A stretch of 64,000 nt of DNA from Phage NC-G: sequence record MK310184; one strand, given 5' to 3'. A program made the position numbers and the translations under genes. The notes under the pieces were generated by a model. The model was given only the letters and a program-made list of their open reading frames with translations, was not told where the DNA came from and ran no database searches. This document shows, piece by piece, positions 11,080 through 20,094 of the stretch (position 1 is the stretch's first letter; every line of letters starts with the position of its first letter).

Positions 11080-12459
11080 TCATAGAGCCTCCAAATCTTT
11101 AACATACTCAGTTACAACATCAGTGGTTTTCCAGTATTGATGCTCTTCTTTCTTGGCCTTGGCTTCCAAAGCCAGTTTCTTAGCTTCATCGGACGTGATA
11201 TGGAAAATGTTCATTGCTACGAGTTTATCGGCATATTCACCATAGACTTTATTGCTGGCCAATTCTTCGGTTAAAACCTTACGGGTCTTACCTTGGATAA
11301 CCACTACACCATCAATAACATCTTTAATGAATGTAGCTTTGGCCAATGCCAGTTTGAAAGCTTCTTCGGTTTCGATGATTTTACCATCAATACGTTTTTG
11401 TACAAAGGTCTTACGGACCTCAACGAAATCACGAATCAGTTCAACTACATCTTCGTAAACCTTAAGTTTACCTTTTTCATTAATGACGGTCAGGTTTTGC
11501 GAACGACGTTCGATTAACCCAAAGTCCTTCATGATTTTTTCGTGCTTCTTATTTTCTTCAGTAGGCAATTCGTATTCTTTACGAATCTTAACCTTGAAGC
11601 CGAAACCATTCTCGTCACAGTCGTCATCATACGTGATATACCCTTTGTCTTCTAAAGGGTCCAGAACCTTAGCTACATACGTTTCACGGTCATATTTGTA
11701 CGGGATTTCTGTGATATGCATTTGGGTTCGAGATGTGAATTTATACGTTCCACGAATCTCATAACTACCCGGTTCAATCTCAACCACATCACCACGGAAT
11801 TCCGGATAAGCCACCTTAGGCTTGGTTACGCGTTTTTCTTGAAGAACCTGCAATACAGCTTTCTTAACAGAATCAAAACTATGAGGAAGAATATTAGTTG
11901 CATAACCAGTTGCAATACCGGAAATACCATTAAGAAGAACAGTAGGAATAATAGGCAGATAAAAAGCTGGTGGCTTATGTTCAACATCCGCATGAACCGG
12001 AGCATATTCTGTATCCTTATAAACCTTTGCGAAATTAGTTCCAATACGTGCAAAAATATAACGAGAGGCTGCAGCCTTTTGAACCAAACGAGAACCAAAG
12101 TTACCTTGCCCATCCAACAGTGGGAAGTTGTTGTTCCATGTGTTAGCCATCAAAGCACCTGCTTCCTGAGCAGAGCCTTCACCATGGTGATATCCAAGGT
12201 CGGCTACACCGCCTGCAATAGAAGCTAGTTTGTGGAATTTTTCTTTATTACCACGAGCCATATCAAGACAACGAGCAACTACAAAACGTTGTACAGGTTT
12301 AAAACCGTCAATCATATTTGGAATGGCGCGGTTTTCGACAGTATACATTGCGTAAGCCAGCGCTTCGTTGTCGATAATGCTTTTTAAGTCACGACGAGTA
12401 AAAGCGTCATCGTAAACATCTAAGGATTGTTTAAAAAGGGTATCAATTACATCAGCCAT
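11080..12459 (-). CDS. 52: DNA topoisomerase II medium subunit gp52
   Basis: 459 aa; GyrA-like N-terminus ...AMYTVENRAIPNMIDGFKPVQR...; synteny. Confidence 0.9.
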   Translation of the reverse strand: MADVIDTLFKQSLDVYDDAFTRRDLKSIIDNEALAYAMYTVENRAIPNMIDGFKPVQRFVVARCLDMARGNKEKFHKLASIAGGVADLGYHHGEGSAQEAGALMANTWNNNFPLLDGQGNFGSRLVQKAAASRYIFARIGTNFAKVYKDTEYAPVHADVEHKPPAFYLPIIPTVLLNGISGIATGYATNILPHSFDSVKKAVLQVLQEKRVTKPKVAYPEFRGDVVEIEPGSYEIRGTYKFTSRTQMHITEIPYKYDRETYVAKVLDPLEDKGYITYDDDCDENGFGFKVKIRKEYELPTEENKKHEKIMKDFGLIERRSQNLTVINEKGKLKVYEDVVELIRDFVEVRKTFVQKRIDGKIIETEEAFKLALAKATFIKDVIDGVVVIQGKTRKVLTEELASNKVYGEYADKLVAMNIFHITSDEAKKLALEAKAKKEEHQYWKTTDVVTEYVKDLEAL

Positions 12460-12463
12460 AATT

Positions 12464-12604
12464 TTACCATACTAGTGAATGAATAACCATAATAACATCG
12501 GAAATAAAAAGCACAACTTGGATAAGACCGAATATTACTCCATAATACAGTGCTACAAATAAAGCAGCAAGGGCTACAGAGTAGCCCAAGATTTTCTTAA
12601 TCAT
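12464..12604 (-). CDS. Small hydrophobic membrane peptide, 46 aa (ac-like position)
   Basis: MIKKILGYSVALAALFVALYYGVIFGLIQVV...; start overlaps the stop of the upstream ORF, stop lies 5 nt before the gene 52 start. Confidence 0.5.
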   Translation of the reverse strand: MIKKILGYSVALAALFVALYYGVIFGLIQVVLFISDVIMVIHSLVW

Positions 12605-12758
12605 TTTTAATCATCTTAAGTAAGCCGACAGAAGTAGAAAGCACCCAGCCAATAAACAGAAAACTTAAGAATACCGGACCAGGGGTCCACACACCTAAAA
12701 AGAAGCAAACTGAACAGACTATAGCCATAATAAGTTCAATAAAAACTAGGATAATCAT
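12597..12758 (-). CDS. Small hydrophobic membrane peptide, 53 aa
   Basis: MIILVFIELIMAIVCSVCFFLGVWT...; preceded by GAGGAAAATATG; the track ORF 12597..12830 is a 5' over-extension. Confidence 0.5.
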   Translation of the reverse strand: MIILVFIELIMAIVCSVCFFLGVWTPGPVFLSFLFIGWVLSTSVGLLKMIKND

Positions 12759-12768
12759 ATTTTCCTCA

Positions 12769-12876
12769 TTAGCGTCCGAAGACGCCTTTAGTTTTAAGAT
12801 TGATACGATAGAACTGCATCGCATGTTCATTATGGAAATTACTCCGTAATACAGTAGCCCAAGATTTCTTAATCAT
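12769..12876 (-). CDS. Stp-like peptide, second copy, with 11-aa N-terminal extension (35 aa)
   Basis: [35 protein letters not shown]; the Stp-homologous part lacks its own ATG and is in frame with an ATG resembling the start of the 46-aa peptide gene. Confidence 0.5.
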   Translation of the reverse strand: MIKKSWATVLRSNFHNEHAMQFYRINLKTKGVFGR

Positions 12877-13022
12877 TTTTTGGTAAAGGCCTGTAGAATC
12901 AGAACAAATGCCAATATGAATTGTGGAATGGCCTGAGAAATGACCGAAGTTTCACCTGTTGTAATAGTCCAAATACCTAGATAAGTCCAAATACCCGCAG
13001 CAAAACCTTGTAAAATATTCAT
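12873..13022 (-). CDS. Small hydrophobic membrane peptide, 49 aa
   Basis: [23 protein letters not shown]...; GAGGAAAATATG ribosome-binding site; translationally coupled to flanking genes. Confidence 0.5.
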   Translation of the reverse strand: MNILQGFAAGIWTYLGIWTITTGETSVISQAIPQFILAFVLILQAFTKK

Positions 13023-13029
13023 ATTTTCC

Positions 13030-13110
13030 TCAAGGGCGTCCGAAGACGCCAGTTAATTTCAGATTATGACGGTGCCATTGCATCACATGTTCATTATAGA
13101 AATTACTCAT
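13030..13110 (-). CDS. stp: Stp peptide (suppressor of three-prime phosphatase; anti-restriction peptide that triggers PrrC)
   Basis: 26 aa [26 protein letters not shown] versus T4 Stp [26 protein letters not shown] (from memory); anchored to the ndd stop. Confidence 0.75.
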   Translation of the reverse strand: MSNFYNEHVMQWHRHNLKLTGVFGRP

Positions 13111-13276
13111 AGATACCACACATTTTGCATAAACGTTCAAAACAAATATAACCACCACATAAACACATCATGACGGCAACTTTATCATTAAAGGGCATAC
13201 CGAAAGCCATAAAGGCTCCGGTAACTACTAATGAAGCTAAAACAAATAGATAACCCATTACAAAGAACGTTCTCAT
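13103..13276 (-). CDS. Small Cys-rich membrane peptide, 57 aa
   Basis: [25 protein letters not shown]...[20 protein letters not shown]; start follows the ndd stop, stop overlaps the stp ATG. Confidence 0.4.
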   Translation of the reverse strand: MRTFFVMGYLFVLASLVVTGAFMAFGMPFNDKVAVMMCLCGGYICFERLCKMCGIYE

Positions 13277-13277
13277 A

Positions 13278-13727
13278 TTAATAACTCTGTAGAACGAATT
13301 TAAAGTTATCAGCCAACATGCGGTTCATTTCTTCCAGGGTCTGAAGGTCGGAACTATGGTTGCGAGTGAAAGCCATTGCAATTTGACCCTTACCAAAACC
13401 TGTAGTCAGTGGTTTCATTTTAGAAGCAGGTACATAAAGAACTTCATACACTACACCGTTCACAGCCATAGTGCGAGCTGATTGAGAACGTTTCTTACGG
13501 ATGTTAGCCACAATACCATCAAGACCTTGAGCTGAACGTTGGTTGCCGACATAAAAGCGAGCGGCTACGACACGAGAATCTGCTTCACCTTTAACAAAGA
13601 AGTAGAAGCCTGGCTGGGCAGCGATTTCTTTAGAAGGCTTACCATTTTGGTATTCGCCATTCTTAACATAAGCAACAGTAGTAGCACCAGCAGACAGAAC
13701 GTCACGGCGAGTCATATAAGTATTCAT
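13278..13727 (-). CDS. ndd: Nucleoid disruption protein Ndd
   Basis: 149 aa; PGFYF...[10 protein letters not shown]...[13 protein letters not shown]...[18 protein letters not shown] matches T4 Ndd (151 aa) from memory. Confidence 0.85.
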   Translation of the reverse strand: MNTYMTRRDVLSAGATTVAYVKNGEYQNGKPSKEIAAQPGFYFFVKGEADSRVVAARFYVGNQRSAQGLDGIVANIRKKRSQSARTMAVNGVVYEVLYVPASKMKPLTTGFGKGQIAMAFTRNHSSDLQTLEEMNRMLADNFKFVLQSY

Positions 13728-13776
13728 ATCAATTTCCTCAGTAGATTAATGTTTTGTTATCCAGTCAACGAGAACC

Positions 13777-13805
13777 ATTATAACATGATTCTCGAGGTTG
13801 TAAAC
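13777..13805 (-). promoter_or_regulatory. Early sigma-70 promoter upstream of ndd
   Basis: GTTTAC, 17 nt, TATAAT on the minus strand. Confidence 0.6.
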
Positions 13806-14149
13806 TATTTTTGTAGCTGTTCTAAAATAAATCCGCTCGTATAAAAAGAAGCATTATAAACCTTGTTCAGCGGGTTCAAAGCACGTCCGTAAGTATCACG
13901 TAATTCTTTGATAACGTTTTCATAACTCACGTAGTAAGCACTATGATAACCTGGGTCCATACTCATACGAAATTTAATGAACCGATAAAAGCCTGTTTCC
14001 GGGTCTTGAACGAAAACGAAATCAGCACTCGTCATAATCTTTGAATGTACGCCGGGAATCATACTTTGATTGAATGCCACCGATGCATCCTGAAGGCTGA
14101 GTTGTTTAAAGAACATTACCTTAGCATTACCAAAAAATACTTTAGACAT
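13805..14149 (-). CDS. Hypothetical early protein
   Basis: 114-aa ORF. Confidence 0.5.
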   Translation of the reverse strand: MSKVFFGNAKVMFFKQLSLQDASVAFNQSMIPGVHSKIMTSADFVFVQDPETGFYRFIKFRMSMDPGYHSAYYVSYENVIKELRDTYGRALNPLNKVYNASFYTSGFILEQLQK

Positions 14150-14163
14150 AATAATTTCCTCAA

Positions 14164-14388
14164 TTATTCAGAGTCGACTTCTTCTGATAATTCCATCAGT
14201 TCATCAACCGTGAAACACTCGGTATTATTTTCAATAGCAAAACGCTTTTGATAAAAAGGATAATCCAAACAGTTTTCAGTACGAATGGGTCGCTCGCTAT
14301 TATCCATTAAAGGAGAAATACGAATCAATTGTTGACCATTACCTAAGACAAATTTTTCACCAACTGCGATATCTTTAAAAAGTTTCAT
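14164..14388 (-). CDS. Hypothetical early protein
   Basis: Start placed at internal ATG (MKLFKD...) preceded by GAGGAAAATATT. Confidence 0.45.
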   Translation of the reverse strand: MKLFKDIAVGEKFVLGNGQQLIRISPLMDNSERPIRTENCLDYPFYQKRFAIENNTECFTVDELMELSEEVDSE

Positions 14389-14535
14389 AATATTTTCCTC
14401 AGAAGTTAAAGAATACACGTACATGGTCAATCATAAAAACTATTGGGAAAATGCTCAATACAACCAATAGCACAAACATGTTCCAAATTGCTTTAAGTAA
14501 GTTTTTCATAATCATCTCCATTAGTTGATAGGTCT

Positions 14536-14564
14536 ATAGTATCATGTCTAATGGAGATGTAAAC
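14536..14564 (-). promoter_or_regulatory. Early promoter cassette
   Basis: GTTTAC, 17 nt, TACTAT; conserved 23-nt core; flanked by inverted repeat CTCCATTAG / CTAATGGAG. Confidence 0.6.
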
Positions 14565-14654
14565 TGATTTATGCCAATTTCCACAACAATAAACTAAAAC
14601 ATATACAAATAATTGGGATACAAGTCAACCAAATAAGGCACCAGGTTTTGCTAC

Positions 14655-14915
14655 TCATAATACTATCTCTTTTATTTCCATAAACCCATCATTCAGTGCA
14701 TGGCGGAGTTCATAATGGATATCTATACCATCGACATTATCTAATTTACCGTCGATAAGTTTTTGTAAATCTTTTTTTGACGCTATCAAAGGACGAAGAA
14801 ATCTACAATTAGAAAGGGATAATTCCGTAATAACATCTTCACCTGATGCATCGTACATTGCGGCAACAACTTTACCCGTAACTTTGTGTTTAGCGTAATA
14901 TAATTTGATATCCAT
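14655..14915 (-). CDS. Hypothetical early protein
   Basis: Start placed at MDIKLYY after AGAGGAAACAAA. Confidence 0.45.
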   Translation of the reverse strand: MDIKLYYAKHKVTGKVVAAMYDASGEDVITELSLSNCRFLRPLIASKKDLQKLIDGKLDNVDGIDIHYELRHALNDGFMEIKEIVL

Positions 14916-14945
14916 TTTGTTTCCTCTCATGTAGTTGATAGGAAG

Positions 14946-14975
14946 ATAGTAACACCATCCGTGGCGTATGTAAAC
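14946..14975 (-). promoter_or_regulatory. Early promoter cassette
   Basis: GTTTAC, 18 nt, TACTAT. Confidence 0.5.
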
Positions 14976-14989
14976 ACTTATTTTAAAAA

Positions 14990-15547
14990 TTATAAGGCGA
15001 GATACCAGCCGTTGTAATTACTCTTACGGACTAGCTTTTTGATGGATTCTCTGTCACCAGAGAACTTAGGAGTGAACAGGACGTCGCCTGCCTCATTTAC
15101 TGAAGTGTCGAATATAATTATACAGTCTGCAACTTTATGATTCAAGAGCGGTCCCAGGTTAATCCCTTTTCCATAAGGGAAGTCACCCGAGTATCCTGTA
15201 GTGCAGGAAATCCACTTAGAATCGGATTGGTGGGTCTTGACCTCTACACGTAGCCCACAGTACATAGGATGGGCTAAAACATCCCAGGCGTAGGTATAAG
15301 GGTCGTCATGGTCTTCCAGACCACTGTTGACATATCCTTTCAACCAATCAGCAACCATGTACTCTGCATACGTCGCAATAACACACCGAGTCAATACTTC
15401 TTTCTTATCTTGGGATGGGTCCTGGCTTAAGGAATACAATACGGTATCCTTAATCTTGACCTTCATTTCACCTGTTAAATCAGATGTCTTCAGGGTAAAT
15501 GTCGGCATCTTCGACAGTCGAACTAGTCCCGGATTTGACGGATTCAT
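14990..15547 (-). CDS. denB: Endonuclease IV DenB (start uncertain)
   Basis: Synteny between ndd and rIIB; 185 aa from the MNPSN start, matching the T4 DenB length as recalled; track ORF extends to 15610. Confidence 0.55.
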   Translation of the reverse strand: MNPSNPGLVRLSKMPTFTLKTSDLTGEMKVKIKDTVLYSLSQDPSQDKKEVLTRCVIATYAEYMVADWLKGYVNSGLEDHDDPYTYAWDVLAHPMYCGLRVEVKTHQSDSKWISCTTGYSGDFPYGKGINLGPLLNHKVADCIIIFDTSVNEAGDVLFTPKFSGDRESIKKLVRKSNYNGWYLAL

Positions 15548-15806
15548 AATCACCACCAATATACAATTCTTCGACGTGAACATTACCAAAATAGATACGA
15601 GAGTTTTCACTCAATTTACTGTGGTCTAATTTTTTAAGGTTTTCAACTGAATCGAAAATCACATCTGTTGCAAAAAGATGGCCTGTAGCTTTATCAGATT
15701 TGATTACATCTACACAATAAACCTTATCGGCCACATGATTACCCTGGAGATAACTATCTTTGATATCTTCGTCGCCGACGTTCATGAAATTAATCATTTT
15801 ACTCAC
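15480..15806 (-). CDS. Hypothetical early protein
   Basis: 108-aa ORF; 3' end overlaps the denB start region. Confidence 0.45.
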   Translation of the reverse strand: MSKMINFMNVGDEDIKDSYLQGNHVADKVYCVDVIKSDKATGHLFATDVIFDSVENLKKLDHSKLSENSRIYFGNVHVEELYIGGDYESVKSGTSSTVEDADIYPEDI

Positions 15807-15996
15807 CGAAATAAGAAATACGAACCTCTAAACAATGAGCATATGCACCCATCGCATCCAGTTGTGCAATAAGTAACCCTTGTTGACGGATATCAAGAGT
15901 TTCAAAAACACCACCTTTAATAAACTCTTCGAGAGCATTAATTTTCAGGACCAGTTGGTCATATTCTTCAATTACACATGCTTGGAAACCTAACAT
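15799..15996 (-). CDS. Hypothetical early protein
   Basis: 65-aa ORF downstream of rIIB, preceded by a GGAGGC-CGAA-GCCTCC hairpin. Confidence 0.4.
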   Translation of the reverse strand: MLGFQACVIEEYDQLVLKINALEEFIKGGVFETLDIRQQGLLIAQLDAMGAYAHCLEVRISYFGE

Positions 15997-16034
15997 AATT
16001 CCTCATTAGGAGGCCGAAGCCTCCGTTTATTGAT

Positions 16035-17069
16035 TTAGTATTTGTATTCGTTTGCGAACTGTTCAGTGACGTCTTCCAGAACTTCATAATAACATACACG
16101 CATTTTAGCATCACCGTAATCGACCGGGATACTAACAACATCACGTGGGTTAACTTTGCATGAAACTACTTTACAGTTAGAGTTACCAAAATGACCAATA
16201 TAGCTACGAGAGCAAACGTGCAGACCACTTGAACAAGTTACTTCGTCGTCATCATTTACACGCGAACGAGGCATTTTAACTGGCTTACCTGGCGAGTTAT
16301 CAAACGTACCGGTACGGCAGTCGGTGTAATCAGAGTTAACAACTTTCCATGCGATAAAGTGGCCGTCTTCAGTGATTTTGATATCGTTCGCGACCAGGAA
16401 GTCGAACAGACGCTGTACAGCTTTTTCGCTTGGGTTTTCTAACAGGTTTTCAAGGAACGGCAGGTAGAATTCAAAATCTTCGCCATTTTCCATTGAGGTG
16501 ATAATACGGTCAATCAACCCTGAACGCAATTCGATACCTTGATAAACCAGACGTCCACCTTCAATACGAACGTTACCTTTAACGAAAGCCTTAACAGCTT
16601 CTTTAATGGAAATCAGTTTAATCGCATCATCAAAACGGGATTCTTTAAGGGCCTGTACGATGGCATCAAAATGTTTGTTCTTATTAGTAGTGTTCCATAC
16701 TGTGCGACCTTCAGTGATGGATACGAATTTAGAACTCGCGTTCCAAATAATTTCCGGACGAGAACCACCAATAGTAATATCAACCGGAACAACTCGCGGC
16801 TCATTAGGAACTGTTACTTTAATATTTCCGGTAATAGTCACTTCTGTTGGGGCATTAAGAGGTACAGCAGGCGCTTTTTTAAGAGACTCTGCCATAGAAT
16901 TAGCCACTTGAGAACGTTTAGCTTCTTCAGAATTTTTCAGGACTTTACGGACAGTATCAACAGAAACACTATGCCAATCGGCTAGTTCCTGCTGAGTATA
17001 ATTACCTGTGGCATAAAGGTCAACGATGTCGGCTTGTTCGGATTTGGACAAACATTTAATATTGTACAT
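16035..17069 (-). CDS. rIIB: rIIB protein
   Basis: 344 aa; MYNIKCL...YTQQELADW...VSVDT...LKN..EAKR and IEGG..YQ.IELRSGL.DRI...ME.GE.FEFY.PFLENLLENPS.KAV.RLFDFLVANDI.ITEDG match T4 rIIB from memory. Confidence 0.9.
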   Translation of the reverse strand: MYNIKCLSKSEQADIVDLYATGNYTQQELADWHSVSVDTVRKVLKNSEEAKRSQVANSMAESLKKAPAVPLNAPTEVTITGNIKVTVPNEPRVVPVDITIGGSRPEIIWNASSKFVSITEGRTVWNTTNKNKHFDAIVQALKESRFDDAIKLISIKEAVKAFVKGNVRIEGGRLVYQGIELRSGLIDRIITSMENGEDFEFYLPFLENLLENPSEKAVQRLFDFLVANDIKITEDGHFIAWKVVNSDYTDCRTGTFDNSPGKPVKMPRSRVNDDDEVTCSSGLHVCSRSYIGHFGNSNCKVVSCKVNPRDVVSIPVDYGDAKMRVCYYEVLEDVTEQFANEYKY

Positions 17070-17083
17070 AATATTTCCTTAGA

Positions 17084-19294
17084 TTAAGCCGCTTCCACGG
17101 CTTTCATGAATTTAACAATTTGAGCTACAGAAGCCTCGGTAATGGATGTTCCACGACGATACATGTAGTCCGAAACTAAATGGTAATCAGATTCAAACTG
17201 TACAGTCATTTTATCATTGTTGCTTGAAGCATTATTGGTTAACGTATTAAACGTGGTATTACAGATTTTCTTGATAACGGAAAGCTTGTCATCAGTGATA
17301 TAACCATGGAAATTCATGTAACGGAATATATCATAGAAATTACTCAGACGAGTATATGCTTCAGTTACCGGCTTGTCACTGAAATACTTGGTCATGAAAT
17401 TAAGCTGAGGGAACTTAGCAATGATTTCAAGGTAATACCGAGCTCGAGTATTGCTACCAAGGTAGTCATCAATATCTACCGCATCCAGTGCTTCGGTATA
17501 AGCTTCTAATGTAGCTTCCATCAAGCATTCGCACTGGCCTAACTTTTTAATCTTTTTGGCAATCTGAGGACGGATGATATGGAATTCGGTAATACCTAAC
17601 AAATTAGCCATACGAGTCATTGTAGTGGTGTTGATGTCAAAGATACCATAAGCTTCGTCCATCCCCATGATATCAGAACGACTGCCAAACAGAACATAAC
17701 CTGTAATTTCTTCTGCTTCTGCGGCGGTCAAATACATTGTCTCTGTTTGCCAACGACCATCTTTAATGAACCAACGATAAGCACTTGGTGTTTTAGGACG
17801 AGGTTCTGATGAACGAACAGTGACCGGAATCCATGGCTTAACAATTTTATTCAGTTCAGAGACTTTATAAAAATGAATTGTATCACCTTTAAAAAGTTCT
17901 TTAACCTTTTCAAGCTGCTGCATTTGCAACATTGAATTCGGGTCGACAAAAATAAGGTCAGTTCCGTATTTAGGAATATTGTTCTCTTTAACAATTTTCT
18001 TAGCCGAAGCACTGTTGTCCATTGCCAGAGCCCAAAGTCCTCGAACCAGAGGTACGCGACCCTTTTCATCGTCATAAACAACATGGATTTCTTTCTTATT
18101 AATGCCTAATAAACCACTAAGTCCTGCTACCGAAGAAGTATTACTACTCGGCTTAATTCGTTTCAAACGTGGGTCCATACAAACTTCGTAAACCACACCT
18201 AAATTAATAAGGTCGTTTTGAAGGGTATAACGCTGGTATAATTTCTCGTATGACAATTTTTCTGTAGTAAACAGGCTAGTTCCACCTTTTTTGGTAAGAT
18301 AGTCACGAGCACTGTAACCAAGGTTAGAAAGGTCGCGATAAACATGGCGTGGATTATCGGATTCCACCCATTCTTGGGTATCGTTTTTAAAGACCACTGC
18401 ATCTAGTGCTTCAATACGAGTTGCAATATTTTCCATTGTGCGTTTATCAAGAGACAGCACTTCACGAGACGGAGCAATATCCAGCGAACCCATAGGGAAC
18501 TTAATATAAACTACATCATGGCGAGTACGCATCCATGTGCCTTTAATATAGGCAGAATCCAATGGATAGACAATACCACCATAAACTGCATAAAGTCCTG
18601 AACGTTCGAAGCTGCCATAATTTGTAGTGGTTACAGGATGGTAATCGTCAAATTCAGGGAAATAATCAACTTCAACACCGTCTACATCACCAAGACCAAT
18701 GAAAGGCCGCATGATATAACGAACTTCAGTTTCAAACTTACGGAAATCTTCTTCATCGACAGGAACCGTGATTTCGATACCTGTTTTGTCACCGGGTTGC
18801 ATCGGTTCAACGAATGTAGGTTTAATCTGCGGGCCATCGCCATCCATATAAGCTACATAACCACGAACTTCACCGTTATGCCATGAGGTGATATTAAACG
18901 TTTCGGTATAACTGAACGGAGATTTTGAACCAAGGCCAAAGCCACCGATGAAATCGTTAGAAGCGGTTTTGGATGATGCGAAATAAGAGTTATACAAACC
19001 TGTTTCGTTTTCATCACCACGAATTTGGAAATCGCTCATACCCGGCCCGAAGTCACGGCATACAAAACGAGGGTCCAGTTTACCAGGAACCTGTACTTTC
19101 CAACGTTCTTTATTACCATTCAGAATATGGGCATCAATCATATTGGTAATTAGTTCACGTACTACAGCACGTACTTTATTACTATAAAGGTCTGATGACA
19201 GAATTTTAAAGACCTTAGGCGAGGCCTGGATAGTAAAGCCTGTGGACTTGGCACCATTACCAATGATTTGTTCTTTTTCGGTTTCAATAATCAT
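17084..19294 (-). CDS. rIIA: rIIA protein
   Basis: 736 aa (T4 rIIA about 725 aa); synteny next to rIIB. Confidence 0.9.
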   Translation of the reverse strand: MIIETEKEQIIGNGAKSTGFTIQASPKVFKILSSDLYSNKVRAVVRELITNMIDAHILNGNKERWKVQVPGKLDPRFVCRDFGPGMSDFQIRGDENETGLYNSYFASSKTASNDFIGGFGLGSKSPFSYTETFNITSWHNGEVRGYVAYMDGDGPQIKPTFVEPMQPGDKTGIEITVPVDEEDFRKFETEVRYIMRPFIGLGDVDGVEVDYFPEFDDYHPVTTTNYGSFERSGLYAVYGGIVYPLDSAYIKGTWMRTRHDVVYIKFPMGSLDIAPSREVLSLDKRTMENIATRIEALDAVVFKNDTQEWVESDNPRHVYRDLSNLGYSARDYLTKKGGTSLFTTEKLSYEKLYQRYTLQNDLINLGVVYEVCMDPRLKRIKPSSNTSSVAGLSGLLGINKKEIHVVYDDEKGRVPLVRGLWALAMDNSASAKKIVKENNIPKYGTDLIFVDPNSMLQMQQLEKVKELFKGDTIHFYKVSELNKIVKPWIPVTVRSSEPRPKTPSAYRWFIKDGRWQTETMYLTAAEAEEITGYVLFGSRSDIMGMDEAYGIFDINTTTMTRMANLLGITEFHIIRPQIAKKIKKLGQCECLMEATLEAYTEALDAVDIDDYLGSNTRARYYLEIIAKFPQLNFMTKYFSDKPVTEAYTRLSNFYDIFRYMNFHGYITDDKLSVIKKICNTTFNTLTNNASSNNDKMTVQFESDYHLVSDYMYRRGTSITEASVAQIVKFMKAVEAA

Positions 19295-19301
19295 ATTTTT
19301 C

Positions 19302-19505
19302 TCAATTCAGGTTACGTTTAAAAATATCTGCTACTTCAAGGAGCTCGTCCTTAGTAGCGATGTCGTTGAGTATTTTATATCTGATTTCTTTAAAGCGTTC
19401 TTTAAAATCCTCAGCCGCATTGATATCAAAAAAACGTTGGATTAACCGGAATTCTTTATGAACAGCTTTATCAAACAAATCAATATTGACTTTAAAGTTT
19501 GTCAT
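19302..19505 (-). CDS. Hypothetical protein (rIIA.1 position)
   Basis: 67-aa ORF. Confidence 0.45.
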   Translation of the reverse strand: MTNFKVNIDLFDKAVHKEFRLIQRFFDINAAEDFKERFKEIRYKILNDIATKDELLEVADIFKRNLN

Positions 19506-19815
19506 TTTTAACTACCTCATGTTGAACATATTCTCTGGTAGAACCTAGTTCAGCCAGAATTCTTCTCATAGAACCCATTGTACTTTTGTGCTCTCTGTGG
19601 CGATACAATATCTCTAAAACCTTTTCCTGGACAACAGGAGAGAGCGCCTGGTTATCTTTAATCTTTAAGGCAATAGATTTTACAGCCTTTAAGTATTCTA
19701 ACCCCTTACCGCTTGTAATCACTACTCCTTCATCTTTACAGTTACGAATAGCCGTTTCCATAAAGGATAAAGCCAAGTTGTCAGTGTTCACTATACTATT
19801 ATCTTGCATAATCAT
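19492..19815 (-). CDS. Hypothetical early protein
   Basis: 107-aa ORF. Confidence 0.45.
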   Translation of the reverse strand: MIMQDNSIVNTDNLALSFMETAIRNCKDEGVVITSGKGLEYLKAVKSIALKIKDNQALSPVVQEKVLEILYRHREHKSTMGSMRRILAELGSTREYVQHEVVKNDKL

Positions 19816-19871
19816 ATTCTCACCTCTTAGAGAATCGTATCACACTTTTAACCTGTTGTAAACCCCCGAAA

Positions 19872-19889
19872 AGGGCCTTGCGGCCCTTG
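19872..19889 (-). terminator. Hairpin terminator
   Basis: AAGGGCC-TTGC-GGCCCTT followed on the minus strand by TTTTCGGGGGTTT. Confidence 0.5.
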
Positions 19890-19890
19890 A

Positions 19891-20052
19891 TTAGTTGCTT
19901 GAATCGACTCTATAAACTTGACCACGGGTTTGGTAAACTTCGCCGTCCCATGTTTCAACTGTGATAGTAACGTACTCTGCAAAAAGAGGACGTGTATCTG
20001 TCCAGAGATAACCATATTCACCTGTGACGAGCGTAACCCAGTACTTTCTCAT
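19891..20052 (-). CDS. Small ORF, 53 aa (below track cutoff)
   Basis: MRKYWVTLVTGEYGYLWTD...; fills the gap between gene 39 and the terminator. Confidence 0.35.
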   Translation of the reverse strand: MRKYWVTLVTGEYGYLWTDTRPLFAEYVTITVETWDGEVYQTRGQVYRVDSSN

Positions 20053-20094
20053 AAAGTCTCCTTTTATACGGTACTCATGTACCGTACGTATTTA

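Noticed and set aside
11252-12228. Plus-strand ORFs antisense to gene 52 (11252.., 11293.., 11483.., 11716..12228) and a minus-strand alternative-frame ORF (11826..12113)
   Set aside because: Lie entirely within a strongly supported topoisomerase gene; low-complexity translations with no ribosome-binding sites. Comparable embedded ORFs within 34, 37, rIIA, rIIB, 39, 43, 46 and 47 were rejected for the same reason.
12597-12830. 77-aa track ORF read as one protein
   Set aside because: Its 5' third overlaps the Stp-like frame out of frame; the membrane peptide most plausibly starts at the internal ATG (12758) after GAGGAAAATATG.
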